Both the position numbers and the translations under genes were made by a program. The notes beneath the pieces are model-generated. The model was not told the origin of the DNA, made no database searches, and saw only the letters and a list, made by a program, of their open reading frames with translations. A stretch of 52,018 nt of DNA from an uncultured Chromatiaceae bacterium (GTDB lineage Bacteria; Pseudomonadota; Gammaproteobacteria; JAADHS01): positions 1-52,018 of the forward strand of contig CALZJI010000152.1 of the NCBI GenBank assembly GCA_945787615.1, given 5' to 3'. This document shows positions 1 through 10,678 of the stretch, piece by piece. How positions within the stretch are numbered: position 1 is the stretch's first letter; each line of letters begins with the position of its first letter.

Positions 1-110
1 AATAGCACGCCCTCTTCATTCCATGTCTGCGTTGAAACTCCTCGCAATAGTCCGGCTATTACTCGTCATTTCGCCTTGCCACGAAATGAATATGACGCAC
101 TCTTAACACC
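1..110 (-). repeat. Partial nested-palindrome element (family E), truncated by window start
   Basis: Nested stems TTCATT(15-20)/AATGAA(85-90) and AATAG(46-50)/CTATT(56-60). Minus strand has CAAGGCG...CAACGCAG, as in family A. Followed by TAA (111-113). Confidence 0.55.
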
Positions 111-171
111 TAAATCTCAATCGCCATGGGTATATCTCAAATTTCGGAGGTCGGCTTCGCTGATACAGTTT

Positions 172-201
172 TGTTGGGTTTCGTTCCTCAACCCAACCTA
201 C
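172..201 (-). repeat. GTAG-type REP-like palindrome
   Basis: Minus strand GTAG-GTTGGGTT-GAGGAACGA-AACCCAAC-A: GTAG foot followed by an 8-bp perfect stem, the REP architecture. Confidence 0.65.
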
Positions 202-447
202 ATTAAATGCTACAACAACGTTAGTTGGGTACACGTAAGACGAACTCCGAAACTTGCTCTACGGATCCCCATTGTTTGTGTTTCCGACGCGCGTTTGATC
301 CCCGACTTCATTGCCGGCTTCATACCGTGTCGCGACCCCTTTTTGGTTCTCAGCCCAAGAAAGACGCTTTTCTACTGAACGAACATAGGGTTCTTACAGT
401 CAAAGTTACCAGGGACAATATACCCTTAAGCATTTTCCGCAATCTTT

Positions 448-1473
448 GTGCAAAACCGTGAGCGGCAAAAAAACGTGTTTTCATCAACGATATCTTCGCT
501 GGCGCTTCTTATCGCCAAAGCGATGGAGTCGTACGGCTACGACAGTAGAGTCGTGTTTCACCAAGTCGGGCTTGACGCCGATAAGTTGTACGACCCAAAT
601 GCTCGTTATTCATATTCAAAGATGGTTAGGTTGTGGGATCTGGCGATAGGTAAGACTAAGGATCCCTGTCTAGGGCTCAAAGTTGCGCAGTTTTGGCACC
701 CTACCACCGTGCACGCGTTAGGCTATTCTTGGCTAGCCAGTTCGTGTCTCAAGGATGCGTTCATGAGAGCGTCGCGCTACGGCCGCATACTTAATACCAG
801 CGTAAGGCTGCGATTAACGGAGACCTCGTCCAGTTATTACTTTATTATCGATGATTCCAGGCTGAGCCCACCGCTACGAGATGAAACGATGGATGCGACG
901 TTGGCAATCTTCATGATCATGTGCCGCGTTAGTTACGGGTCAGACGTCGCGCCGCGACGGGTTTTAATGCGCAGAACGTCGCCACAATGTAGCAACGAGT
1001 TTGTACGATTTTTCCGGGCTCCGATCACATTCGCCGCCTCTACGAATGGCTTTGTCTTTGACAGAGAATTGCTAAATACACGTTTGCCAACGGCTAACGA
1101 ACGTTTAGCATTGGCCAATGACAAAATTGTAATGGAGTATTTAACCGATCTGGACCAGACGGATATCGCCATGCGTGTCAAAAACACCATCATCGACAAG
1201 CTGTCGTCGGGAGAGTTTGGTGAAGAAACAATAGCCGATGCATTTAGTACGAGCCTTCGGAGTTTACAGCGCAAACTTCATGATGCGGGCACTTCTTATA
1301 AACAATTGCTCGACGAAACCCGCCGCGAATTAGCCGAGCAATACATTCAAAATTCCCAGCTAAAGGTTAACGAAATTACGTTCTTGTTAGGTTTTTCAGA
1401 ACCAAGCAGTTTCTCGCGAGCCTTTAAACGTTGGAAGGGAATCTCACCGACCTCCTATCGGCAAGTGAACTAA
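448..1473 (+). CDS. AraC family transcriptional regulator (OruR/arabinose-binding-like N-domain)
   Basis: C-terminal double HTH SLRSLQRKL...ITFLLGFSEPSSFSRAFKRWKGISPTSYR; ~340 aa. Start uncertain (GTG). Confidence 0.9.
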   Translation: MQNRERQKNVFSSTISSLALLIAKAMESYGYDSRVVFHQVGLDADKLYDPNARYSYSKMVRLWDLAIGKTKDPCLGLKVAQFWHPTTVHALGYSWLASSCLKDAFMRASRYGRILNTSVRLRLTETSSSYYFIIDDSRLSPPLRDETMDATLAIFMIMCRVSYGSDVAPRRVLMRRTSPQCSNEFVRFFRAPITFAASTNGFVFDRELLNTRLPTANERLALANDKIVMEYLTDLDQTDIAMRVKNTIIDKLSSGEFGEETIADAFSTSLRSLQRKLHDAGTSYKQLLDETRRELAEQYIQNSQLKVNEITFLLGFSEPSSFSRAFKRWKGISPTSYRQVN

Positions 1474-1632
1474 GGGCCACGGAAAAAAATAATTATCCAA
1501 CCTTTCTTGTCTTTTTGCTCAGATTCAAGGCGCGTCAAGTGGCGCATATTGGAATATGCAACACTTGCCGTAACGCAGAAGCTGAGCAAAAATCCAGCGC
1601 AATCTTTGGATAATTATTATTTTCCGCGGCCC
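1474..1632. mobile_element. MITE-like palindromic element family A, copy 1 (diverged, core inverted relative to arms)
   Basis: TIRs GGGCCACGGAAAAAAATAAT / ATTATTATTTCCGCGGCCC. Flanked by TAA (the AraC stop codon) and TGA. Homologous to copies at 18692, 35911 and 51761. Confidence 0.8.
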
Positions 1633-1655
1633 TGACGATGTAATGACGCAGTAAC

Positions 1656-2444
1656 CTACCGCGATGCATCCTTGAACAGGGAGAAAAAGTTTGCCGTTGT
1701 TGTTTCGGCAACGGTCTCAAATGATTCGTTGCGTAACGTGGCTATGTGCTCCGCGACATGTTTAACGTAAGCAGGTTGGTTCGTTCTCCCTCGATGGGGA
1801 ACCGGCGCAAGATACGGTGAGTCTGTCTCGATTAATATCTTGTCCGCCGGCATGGCCGCCGCAACCTGGTGTAACGTTTGCGCCGATTTAAAAGTGACAA
1901 TCCCCGAAAATGAGATATAGAAGTTGAGGTCCATGGCCTTGGCCGCCGTTGCCCAATCTTCGACAAAGCAATGCATCACACCGCCGACCTGGTCTGCGCC
2001 CTCTTCTTTTAGTATCCTCAGCGTGTCATCCCTCGCATCCCGACAATGAACGATTAGGGGTTTGGACGTTTGCTTCGCAGCCGCAATATGCACTCGAAAC
2101 CGTTCCCGCTGCCATTCCAAGTTCCCTTCTCCGCGAAAATAGTCCAAGCCCGTCTCGCCAATAGCGATGACGTTGCGGTCGCTTGCACGTTCCACTAACC
2201 CGTCAACGGTCGGTTCCGCACATTCGCGACTGTTGGGATGCACACCTACAGACGCGAATATCGTGTCGTGGTCGGTTGCGATTGCGAGAATTTCGGGATT
2301 GGTCTCCAGATCAATGGAAACGCATAACATGTAGTCAACGCCGTTATCCCGTGCGGTGGCGAGGGCGTTTTCTAAATCCCCGCCGAGTCTCTCGAATTCC
2401 AATAAATTCAGATGGCAATGAGAATCAACAAGTGTCGAGGTCAT
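1656..2444 (-). CDS. tatD: TatD family metal-dependent DNase (YcfH-like)
   Basis: VDSHCHL, GVHP, AIGETGLDY and ETDSPYLAPVPHRG motifs; position after holB-pilZ. Confidence 0.93.
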   Translation of the reverse strand: MTSTLVDSHCHLNLLEFERLGGDLENALATARDNGVDYMLCVSIDLETNPEILAIATDHDTIFASVGVHPNSRECAEPTVDGLVERASDRNVIAIGETGLDYFRGEGNLEWQRERFRVHIAAAKQTSKPLIVHCRDARDDTLRILKEEGADQVGGVMHCFVEDWATAAKAMDLNFYISFSGIVTFKSAQTLHQVAAAMPADKILIETDSPYLAPVPHRGRTNQPAYVKHVAEHIATLRNESFETVAETTTANFFSLFKDASR

Positions 2445-2493
2445 GGCGAAATGTCTTAAACCGAGAAGTTATCGGAGGTATGCGAGAAGGAAA

Positions 2494-2874
2494 TTACATA
2501 GTATGCGTAAGGCGATCGGATTTTAAAGCGCCGGCAAGATAGGTTTCGATCTTATTGCGGACCTTCTCGCCTTCATGATCAGCTGAAAACTGGACCCCTA
2601 TTCCCGAGACGCGATTGCCTTGCGCAGCTTGGGGTGTTTTCCATACAACCCTCCCTACCACGGGCATTTTGTCCGCTTCGTCCATCAGTTTGAGAAGCAT
2701 GAACACCTCGTCGCCAAGTTTATATGTTTTATTGGTCGGAATAAACAGTCCGCCATTTTTAACGTAGGGCATATAGGCCGCATAGAGAGCGCCCTTATCC
2801 TTAATGGTTAAGGACAGAATCCCCTGTTTTGGCGATTGTTGGTTTTCGCCACTTGGGTTATCGCCATTACTCAT
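2494..2874 (-). CDS. pilZ: Type IV pilus assembly protein PilZ
   Basis: LSLTIKDKGALYAAYMPYVKNGGLFIPT...GIGVQF...THTM, classic holB-linked PilZ. Confidence 0.93.
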   Translation of the reverse strand: MSNGDNPSGENQQSPKQGILSLTIKDKGALYAAYMPYVKNGGLFIPTNKTYKLGDEVFMLLKLMDEADKMPVVGRVVWKTPQAAQGNRVSGIGVQFSADHEGEKVRNKIETYLAGALKSDRLTHTM

Positions 2875-2880
2875 AGTCAG

Positions 2881-3897
2881 CTAAGATAGTTGTGATTGTT
2901 GCCTCGCAGGCACCCACCTAGGCGCGTCACTCACCCACGCTATCAGGACGTCCTCCAGTAAAAGCTGCTTATTGGCCTGCCCCTGTACACGACGCAAAGC
3001 ATCCGTGACGCGGTCATAGTGTTTAAACAATTCGGTCAAGTCTACCTTGTTTGCTAAGTCTTGCAAAGGCTTGCGAAAATCCGGATTCGCAATCCGCCTT
3101 ACTTCTGGATTGGCGGCGAGCTTTATCATATCCGCCGCACAGCTTTGCACCCAGCGTAATATTTGCGCTACATCCTGCTTCACCCATGCGGCCGCTACGA
3201 TGATTGGATCTTTTTTTTTGGCGGTGAGATCGAAAAAGTCCCTAAACGCGTTCTGACGTATCTTCATGGTGTCATTTTCGACCAGCGCCAACGCGGCAAG
3301 AGGCGCGCCTCTCGCTAGCGCTAAAAATAATTGTATGTGTTCCGTGTTACGCAGTTGAGCCGCCAACCACGCCTCTGCCAAAGGCGGCGGCGGGACTGGA
3401 AAATCCATGCGCTGACAACGGCTACGAATGGTGGCCGGCAAACCGACTACCTGATCGGTAATCAAAATCAGCATAACGCCCGCCGCAGGCTCTTCAAGGT
3501 TTTTCAACAATCCGTTGGCAGCATGCACGTTCATCCTATCTGCCGGCGAGATGACGACAAATTTACCTTTCGCCTCTTGACTCGTTAGCGCTAAGAATCG
3601 CCCAATTTCTCGAATTTGATCGATGGTAATGGCTTTACCCGCTTCCATGGGTGAAACGGTCAAGACATCGGGATGATTACCCGCATCAAACAGTCTACAA
3701 CTGCTGCACCGGCGGCACGGTTCGCCATTGTCTTGCGGAGTTTGACAAAGTAGGGCATTGGACAAACAGCGAGCAAAAGCGTTCTTCCCAACACCGGCAG
3801 GCCCCGCTAACAACAATGCGTGGGGCAGCGTCTCACTGTGTTTTCGCTGGTGTATCCGCTGCCAATTATCTTGTTGCCAGGGGAGAATGGACATCAC
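2881..3897 (-). CDS. holB: DNA polymerase III subunit delta'
   Basis: HALLLAGPAGVGK, Zn-module CxxCxxC, ANGLLKNLEEP, PATIRSRC; follows tmk. Confidence 0.95.
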   Translation of the reverse strand: MMSILPWQQDNWQRIHQRKHSETLPHALLLAGPAGVGKNAFARCLSNALLCQTPQDNGEPCRRCSSCRLFDAGNHPDVLTVSPMEAGKAITIDQIREIGRFLALTSQEAKGKFVVISPADRMNVHAANGLLKNLEEPAAGVMLILITDQVVGLPATIRSRCQRMDFPVPPPPLAEAWLAAQLRNTEHIQLFLALARGAPLAALALVENDTMKIRQNAFRDFFDLTAKKKDPIIVAAAWVKQDVAQILRWVQSCAADMIKLAANPEVRRIANPDFRKPLQDLANKVDLTELFKHYDRVTDALRRVQGQANKQLLLEDVLIAWVSDAPRWVPARQQSQLS

Positions 3898-4520
3898 GTT
3901 TCCTGAAGCAATGGTTTTAGCACCTGCGCGATCTCTCGCTGGACATCGGCTAACGATTGCGCGGCGTTGATCACACGATAGCGATCACCGTCTAGGCAAG
4001 CCATTTTCTGATAGGCGTCTCGCACGCCTTCGAAAAATGCCGCGCGTTCTTTTTCAAAACGATCCGGTTCACTACGCTTCCCGGCTCGCTCCAGCGCCAA
4101 CGGCACCGGCGCATCCAGTAAGAGTGTAACATCTGGCCGCAATTCGCCTTGCACCCATGTTTCGAGCGTGGCGACTCGGTCCCAGGGTATCCCGCGCCCT
4201 CCGCCCTGATACGCGTACGTCGCATCGGTGAAACGATCACATAACACCCATTGACCACGCGCTAGGCACGGTCGAATCACCTTGGCGATATGTTCAGCGC
4301 GCGCGGCAAACATGAGTAACAGCTCAGTGTCAGAGGCCATCCCATCGTGCTTATGATCGAGCAATAAGTGACGGATTTGCTCACCCAGAGGCGTTCCACC
4401 GGGCTCTCGTGTGACAATCACCTCCTTGCCTGCCACGTCTAGCTGTTGCCGAACAAACTCAAGATTAGAACTCTTACCAACGCCCTCAATACCTTCAATG
4501 GTAATGAAACGACCTCTCAT
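3894..4520 (-). CDS. tmk: Thymidylate kinase
   Basis: FITIEGIEGVGKS P-loop, TREPGGT, CDRFTDATYAYQGGGRG. Confidence 0.97.
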   Translation of the reverse strand: MRGRFITIEGIEGVGKSSNLEFVRQQLDVAGKEVIVTREPGGTPLGEQIRHLLLDHKHDGMASDTELLLMFAARAEHIAKVIRPCLARGQWVLCDRFTDATYAYQGGGRGIPWDRVATLETWVQGELRPDVTLLLDAPVPLALERAGKRSEPDRFEKERAAFFEGVRDAYQKMACLDGDRYRVINAAQSLADVQREIAQVLKPLLQET

Positions 4521-4577
4521 ATTCTCACACCGAATAGTTGAGTAACGAGTAAATGCCGCCAGTCCTTAGGGCTCGCG

Positions 4578-5618
4578 TCATTGGCGCGCGGTTTTACGCT
4601 CACGTCGTGGACGCAGTATCTGGTATTCGCGGACTGCCTTGTTGTGCTCCTCAAGCGTCGCCGAAAAGTAATGGCTGCCATCGCCGCGCGCGACGAAATA
4701 AAGATAATCGCGTTCATCGGGATGCAGCGCGGCATTAATCGCCGCTTTGCTAGGCATCGCAATTGGCGTCGGCGGCAAGCCTTTTCGCGTATAGGTGTTA
4801 TAGGGCGTATCTTTCAATAAGTCTTTACGACGAATGTTCCCGTCAAAGGATTCGCCCATACCGTAAATGACCGTCGGATCCGTTTGGAGGCGCATCCCTT
4901 TTTTCAGCCTACGTATAAACACACCGGCGATCCTATCTCGTTCTTCGGCAACGGCGGTTTCTTTTTCGACAATCGAGGCCAAAATAAGCGCTTCATCAGG
5001 CGTTTTAAGCGGTAAATCCGGCGCTCGCTCGGGCCATGCTTGCTCCAAATACGTTTGCATCTCTTCGTAGGCGCGTTGCAAAAATTCCACGTCGGTCGTT
5101 CCGCTTGGAAAGTGGTAGGTCTCCGGGCTAAAGCGACCTTCCGGATGTACACCTGAAAACCCCATTTGAGCCATAATCGCCTCGCCACTTAGTTCCGTAA
5201 GCGTACGCGTTAACGCCTCATGGTCATTAACGGCTTGCATCATTTGCTTAAATGACCAGCCTTCCACCAACGTCAGTGAATGCTGAACCACTCTCCCCGA
5301 CACGAGCATCTGTAGAAACTCATCCGGCGTCATATCGGCTTGAAGCCGATACTCGCCCGCTTGTAGCTTACGAGCGCTGCCCCGCCAACGCGCTAGCCAC
5401 TCAAAAAAAATGGGCTGTTCTATCACGCCTTGCTGCGATAGATTTTGAGACAGTTGCTTTACGTTGGTTCCCGGAGGTACGATTATGTTAGTACTCGAAT
5501 CTTCGACATTCAATGGCGTTTTCACAAAATGTTGCAACTCCATCCCCAGCCAACCGCCGCCAAGACTCAGAATAATTACAACAACGCCCGTTAACTTAAA
5601 AAAAATATTCCGCATCAC
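4578..5618 (-). CDS. mltG: Endolytic transglycosylase MltG
   Basis: N-terminal TM, LASIVEKET, GMRLQTDPTVIYG, PYNTY, GLPPTPI. Confidence 0.96.
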   Translation of the reverse strand: MMRNIFFKLTGVVVIILSLGGGWLGMELQHFVKTPLNVEDSSTNIIVPPGTNVKQLSQNLSQQGVIEQPIFFEWLARWRGSARKLQAGEYRLQADMTPDEFLQMLVSGRVVQHSLTLVEGWSFKQMMQAVNDHEALTRTLTELSGEAIMAQMGFSGVHPEGRFSPETYHFPSGTTDVEFLQRAYEEMQTYLEQAWPERAPDLPLKTPDEALILASIVEKETAVAEERDRIAGVFIRRLKKGMRLQTDPTVIYGMGESFDGNIRRKDLLKDTPYNTYTRKGLPPTPIAMPSKAAINAALHPDERDYLYFVARGDGSHYFSATLEEHNKAVREYQILRPRRERKTARQ

Positions 5619-5632
5619 CGTCGATATAGTAC

Positions 5633-6460
5633 TTAGCTAATCCAGCCATTGTTCCATGGTGCTAACTTTTCAGCAACCTGTTGCGTGATAAGCCCGGGTC
5701 CATAAGTGCACCGTTCCAGCTGCATAACTGGCCAAATCCCAATCAAGCTATTCGTTAGAAAGATCTCGTCGGCCTGTCTAACATCGTCGAGTGACAGCTC
5801 GGTCTCAGCTGAAGAAACGCCAAGGTTCTCGGCTATATCAATCACGCCATCACGAACAATCCCTTTGACGCCGCAAGATGTCAAATCCGGGGTATATAAC
5901 CTTTTATTTTTTACAACAAACACATTAGTCATTGTACCTTCGACTACATTTTCGCCCGAATCAAGCATTAAACCCTCAGCCACGTCCGGTTCGTCCCATT
6001 CGCTACGCGCTAGGACTTGCTCCAAGCGATTGAGATGTTTTATTCCCGCCAATGCAGGGTTGGCGCCCAAGCGATGTTGACATACTCTCACCTTCACGCC
6101 GCGACTCCAGTATTGAGAAGAATATTCCGGATAGGGATGAATCTGTACGATTCGAGTCGGATCGCTTTGCGCTGAGGGTCGATAGCCACGACCTCCCGCT
6201 CCCCGCGTAATTACAATTTTTAGTACGGCGCGCGCCTTATTCGTGCATAACGCCTCTGCGTCTGCGCGAAGCTTTGCTTCCTCAACACCGCCAATCCCTA
6301 ATCGCGAACATCCTTCCTTTAGTCGCTGCATATGTTGTCGCCATCGTCGCGGCGCCCCATCGACAACCAATAACGTCTCGAACAGGCCATCGCCATACAA
6401 AAGGCCGCGATCCTGACAACTCACTGTTCGCCTCGCTTCTCCGTTTATCAATACGTCCAT
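5633..6460 (-). CDS. pabC: Aminodeoxychorismate lyase
   Basis: DRGLLYGDGLFET, GIKHLNRLEQVL, class IV PLP fold; synteny with mltG. Confidence 0.95.
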   Translation of the reverse strand: MDVLINGEARRTVSCQDRGLLYGDGLFETLLVVDGAPRRWRQHMQRLKEGCSRLGIGGVEEAKLRADAEALCTNKARAVLKIVITRGAGGRGYRPSAQSDPTRIVQIHPYPEYSSQYWSRGVKVRVCQHRLGANPALAGIKHLNRLEQVLARSEWDEPDVAEGLMLDSGENVVEGTMTNVFVVKNKRLYTPDLTSCGVKGIVRDGVIDIAENLGVSSAETELSLDDVRQADEIFLTNSLIGIWPVMQLERCTYGPGLITQQVAEKLAPWNNGWIS

Positions 6461-6465
6461 ACGGT

Positions 6466-7881
6466 TTAACGTTGATCGCTGTTCAAAGCGAGCAAAATAC
6501 CCTGTGCCTTAGCCCGCGTTTCGGCGAGTTCCATTTCCGGTTCAGAGTCGGCCACGATACCCGCTCCGGCGCGTAGAGAAATCCGATTTTCCTCGACGGA
6601 CAGCGTTCGAATTAAAATATTCAAGTCCATGGAACCGTCCCGATTAATATAGCCAAACGAGCCGGTATAGGGACCTCTCGGCGCGCCTTCAAGTTCGGCA
6701 ATGATTTCCATACAACGCACCTTTGGACAACCGGTTATGGTACCGCCCGGAAAAACGGCTGCAACTACCTGCCCCGGCGCCGTATCGGGCTGGAGGCGAC
6801 CCCGCACGTTCGAGACGATGTGATGGACATGAGAATAAGATTCCAAAACCATCAGTTCATTCACTTTCACGGACCCGGCACGACAGATCCGGCCCAGATC
6901 ATTGCGTTCGAGGTCTATAAGCATAATATGCTCGGCCCTTTCCTTAGGGTGAGACATCAACACCTCCGACAGCTGTCGATCTAACGTTATTCCGCTACCA
7001 CGAGGCCGAGTTCCCGCGATGGGCCGCGTTTCAACACGCTCGCCGGACACTTTCACGAGACGCTCTGGCGATGAACTTAAGATATAGTTTGATCTGTGGC
7101 GAACCAATCCCGCAAAGGGCGCAGGATTGGTTTGACGTAGACGCTTATACAGGGTAACAGCATCAACGTGGGGCGAAAAACACCCCTGCCAGACGCGCGA
7201 AAGGTTAACCTGGAACACATCACCGGCGACGATATAGTCCTTTATCCGCCTCACGCCCGACAGAAAGCGTTGTGGGTCCTCTTCTTGAAGAGACTCGGAA
7301 AGACCGCCAATTTTCTCGCCAGATTCGTTTCGTTGGATCCCAGCCAGGTCCTGTTCCATCGCATCAAGCAGATATCTATGGTCTTCCTCGGCCACTAAAT
7401 AAATGGCTCGCTCCGTGTGGTCTCTGATTACCGCGGCAGGAATACGTGTAGCGAACGCAATAGGCAACGTTTTCTGAAACGCCAACGGTAGTCGCAGACG
7501 CGGCTCAATCTGTTGGGCGAGCTCGTAGGCCATGTATATAAACCAGCCGCCGTCAAACGGCAGCTGAGGGCAAGCCCGTTCGTCCGTTCGCTCTCGCCGC
7601 CACCACTCATCAAAACCGTCGAGGAATGTTTCATTACTCGTGGACCCCTCCGGGCTGATCAGTTGCCCATTAGGACGTAATACCAACTGCTGCTGGGGAA
7701 ACGCGAATAAAACGTCAAATCGGCTGTTGGTCGAGCCCCGCGCAACGCTCTCTAACAAAAACGGATAGCGATCCGAAAACGCGGAGTGAAGAAGCAACAG
7801 ATCAGCGTATTGGGAGGTGGCGCGGACAACTGCGCTCCCCATCGCTTTATCGCTAGTCAATGTGAAGGGTGAACTGGCCAC
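6466..7881 (-). CDS. pabB: Aminodeoxychorismate synthase component I
   Basis: Chorismate-binding motifs SSSPERL, RPIAGTRPR, KERAEHIMLIDLERNDLGR, FPGGTITGCPK; next to pabC. Start may be the later ATG. Confidence 0.88.
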   Translation of the reverse strand: MASSPFTLTSDKAMGSAVVRATSQYADLLLLHSAFSDRYPFLLESVARGSTNSRFDVLFAFPQQQLVLRPNGQLISPEGSTSNETFLDGFDEWWRRERTDERACPQLPFDGGWFIYMAYELAQQIEPRLRLPLAFQKTLPIAFATRIPAAVIRDHTERAIYLVAEEDHRYLLDAMEQDLAGIQRNESGEKIGGLSESLQEEDPQRFLSGVRRIKDYIVAGDVFQVNLSRVWQGCFSPHVDAVTLYKRLRQTNPAPFAGLVRHRSNYILSSSPERLVKVSGERVETRPIAGTRPRGSGITLDRQLSEVLMSHPKERAEHIMLIDLERNDLGRICRAGSVKVNELMVLESYSHVHHIVSNVRGRLQPDTAPGQVVAAVFPGGTITGCPKVRCMEIIAELEGAPRGPYTGSFGYINRDGSMDLNILIRTLSVEENRISLRAGAGIVADSEPEMELAETRAKAQGILLALNSDQR

Positions 7882-7932
7882 CGCATCAACGCCCCATAGG
7901 TGTTTTTACTCCATACTGGAGTGAACCCGTTA

Positions 7933-9177
7933 TCAGGGCGCCTTGCGCAAAACAAGCGTACCGTTGGTTCCTCCAAAGCCAAAGGAGTTCGATAGCGCCA
8001 CGTTGATGGGCATCTTTCGCGCGGTACCCGGAACGTAATCCAGATCGCAGTCAGGATCCGCCGTAAATTGATTGATCGTGGGGGGGGCGACCTGGTCACG
8101 CAGCGCTAACGCACAGAAGATAGCTTCGATGCCGCCGGCCGCGCCCAACAAATGGCCTGTCATTGACTTCGTCGAGCTCATCGCAACTTTATAGGCATGA
8201 TCACCAAAACTTCGCTTAACAGCCAGCGTTTCGGCAATGTCGCCAACCGGTGTCGAGGTCCCATGGGCGTTGATATAGTCAACATCCTCGGTATTAACTC
8301 TCGCATTACGTAGCGCATTGTCCATACAGCGGCTCGCACCCTCTCCACCTTCTGAGGGCTGCGTCATGTGGTAGGCGTCACCGCTCATACCAAAGCCCAC
8401 GACTTCGGCGTATATCGTTGCGCCGCGCTTTTTGGCGTGCTCATATTCTTCCAGCACGACCACCCCGGCGCCATCACTTAGCACAAAACCATCACGGTCC
8501 TTATCCCATGGACGACTCGCCGTTTCCGGGTCATCGTTACGGGTCGATAATGCGCGCGCGGCGGCGAAACCACCGAGGCCGGTAGGTGAAGCTGCCATCT
8601 CCGCGCCGCCCGCTATCATCACATCCGCCTCGTTACGTTCGATGATACGCGCGGCTTCGCCAATGTTATGGGTGCCTGTTGTGCAAGCCGTTACGATGGC
8701 GATATTCGGCCCTTTCATCCCGTAAATAATCGAAAGATTCCCGGAGATCATGTTAATGATGTTGCTGGGTACAAAAAACGGTGAGATTTTACGAGGCCCC
8801 CCCTTTACGAGAGCGTCGTGGCCTTTTTCAATGCCAGTGATACCGCCGATACCCGAACCGATCGCCACACCAATGCGATGGTCGTTATGGTCAGTTACCT
8901 CCAGGCCTGAGTCTTCAACGGCCTCTTTCGCTGCGGCGATCCCATAGTGGATGAACGCATCCATCTTTTTCGCGTCTTTACGATTAATGTATTGCGTGAC
9001 ATCGAAACCCCACACAGAGCCGCCAAATCGTACGGTAAAATCTGAGACGTCGAAATGGGCAATTGGGCCAATGCCGCATTTTCCCGCTAATATGTTTTCC
9101 CAAGAATCGCGAACATTGAGGCCTACGGGCCCTACCATGCCCAGACCGGTTATTACTACACGTCTTTCACCACCCAC
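7933..9177 (-). CDS. fabF: 3-oxoacyl-ACP synthase II
   Basis: [31 protein letters not shown]. Confidence 0.97.
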   Translation of the reverse strand: MGGERRVVITGLGMVGPVGLNVRDSWENILAGKCGIGPIAHFDVSDFTVRFGGSVWGFDVTQYINRKDAKKMDAFIHYGIAAAKEAVEDSGLEVTDHNDHRIGVAIGSGIGGITGIEKGHDALVKGGPRKISPFFVPSNIINMISGNLSIIYGMKGPNIAIVTACTTGTHNIGEAARIIERNEADVMIAGGAEMAASPTGLGGFAAARALSTRNDDPETASRPWDKDRDGFVLSDGAGVVVLEEYEHAKKRGATIYAEVVGFGMSGDAYHMTQPSEGGEGASRCMDNALRNARVNTEDVDYINAHGTSTPVGDIAETLAVKRSFGDHAYKVAMSSTKSMTGHLLGAAGGIEAIFCALALRDQVAPPTINQFTADPDCDLDYVPGTARKMPINVALSNSFGFGGTNGTLVLRKAP

Positions 9178-9395
9178 GGGACTACCTTCTCCTGGTAAAA
9201 CTATTTCTTGACTACAGAATTGCGATAATACGTTGAACGCTCGAACGACACGCTGTCCTTCGGACCTTACGCGCAGTATTTACACGTAAAGTGCGTGCGC
9301 GTTACCAAAATCTTTACGGCTTAGCGCTGCCAACCGTAGAAATGGCGAGCCGCTACCAGACAAGGCCGGCAGCGGCTTTCATAAGCAATTGCCAA

Positions 9396-9632
9396 CTATT
9401 TGATGTTGGCGTTGATATAGTCTATCGCTTGCTGAACAGTTGTTATTTTTTCTGCTTCTTCATCAGGTATTTCACACTCGAATTCTTCCTCGAGCGCCAT
9501 GACTAACTCTACAGTGTCTAACGAGTCTGCGCCAAGATCGTCTACAAAGGAGGATTCGCTGTTAACTTCCTCTTCCTTGACGCCAAGTTGCTCAACAACA
9601 ATCTTCTTGACGCGTTCCTCAACGTTACTCAT
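9396..9632 (-). CDS. acpP: Acyl carrier protein
   Basis: [20 protein letters not shown]. Confidence 0.98.
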   Translation of the reverse strand: MSNVEERVKKIVVEQLGVKEEEVNSESSFVDDLGADSLDTVELVMALEEEFECEIPDEEAEKITTVQQAIDYINANIK

Positions 9633-9894
9633 AACTCTTTATGCCTCCCATCTATGGTAAAAGGGGTATCTCGAAAAGCCGCTAGTTTGTACTTTATTCA
9701 CTACCTACCTGTTTTTGATACGGGCTTCAATCCATTGCGTTACCCCGGCTATCTTCCAGGGTTGCCATCATATAACAAAAACACTCATCGGTGGTGATGC
9801 GCTCGCGGTCGGTATTGTAGTGAAAACGCAGCGGATATTCCAGCGACTCCTTCCAGGGCTTGGCCGAAAATCCGGTTCGCGATATTTATCCTTT

Positions 9895-10638
9895 TTAATT
9901 CATATACATACCACCATTAACGTGTATCGTTTCACCGGTAATGTACGCGGCTGCGGGTGATGCGAGAAACCCCACAGCGGCCGCCACCTCCTCAGCACGG
10001 CCCAATCGTGCTAACGGAATTTGCTGTAACAATGCCTCTCTTTGCCCCTCTGGCAGACCCCGAGTCATATCAGTATCAATAAAACCGGGGGCCACGGCGT
10101 TGACCGTAATGCCCCGCGACGCAACCTCTCGGGCCATGGACTTACTGAAGCCAATCAGCCCCGCCTTAGCTGAGGCATAGTTGGTCTGACCGGCGTTTCC
10201 ACTAAAACCCACTACGGAGGCTATGTTGATTATGCGCCCTTTACGCGACTTCATCATTCCGCGCAGGCAGGCTTTTGACAACCGGTAGACCGACGTTAAG
10301 TTTGTTTCTATGATATCCGTCCACTCCTCATCCTTCATACGCATCAACAAGTTATCGCGGGTTATCCCTGCATTATTGACTAAAATACCGGTGCTCCCAT
10401 AATCAGAAGCAATAGCGCTGATTAATGCATCGATAGATGCCAATTCGGTGACGTTCAACACTGCGCCGCGACCTGAGACGCCGTTTTCGCTTAAGTAGCT
10501 CGTTATTTTTTCCGCACCACTTTCTGTTGTGGCGGTTCCAATCACCGTAGCGCCGTGCCCCCCCAGCTCCAACGCAATGGCACGACCAATTCCTCGGCTC
10601 GCACCCGTAACTAGCGCAATTTCATTTTCTAATGGCAT
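9895..10638 (-). CDS. fabG: 3-oxoacyl-ACP reductase
   Basis: VTGASRGIG, NNAGITRDNL, NYASAK. Start moved to ATG 10638 (MPLENEIALV) to avoid overlap with fabD. Confidence 0.96.
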   Translation of the reverse strand: MPLENEIALVTGASRGIGRAIALELGGHGATVIGTATTESGAEKITSYLSENGVSGRGAVLNVTELASIDALISAIASDYGSTGILVNNAGITRDNLLMRMKDEEWTDIIETNLTSVYRLSKACLRGMMKSRKGRIINIASVVGFSGNAGQTNYASAKAGLIGFSKSMAREVASRGITVNAVAPGFIDTDMTRGLPEGQREALLQQIPLARLGRAEEVAAAVGFLASPAAAYITGETIHVNGGMYMN

Positions 10639-10678
10639 TATTTTCGTCCTTGCCTCTGAACAACGGTATATATCTTGG

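Noticed and set aside
76-461. ORFs 76-378 and 225-461
   Set aside because: They overlap palindromic repeats and the AraC upstream region and show no protein-like features.
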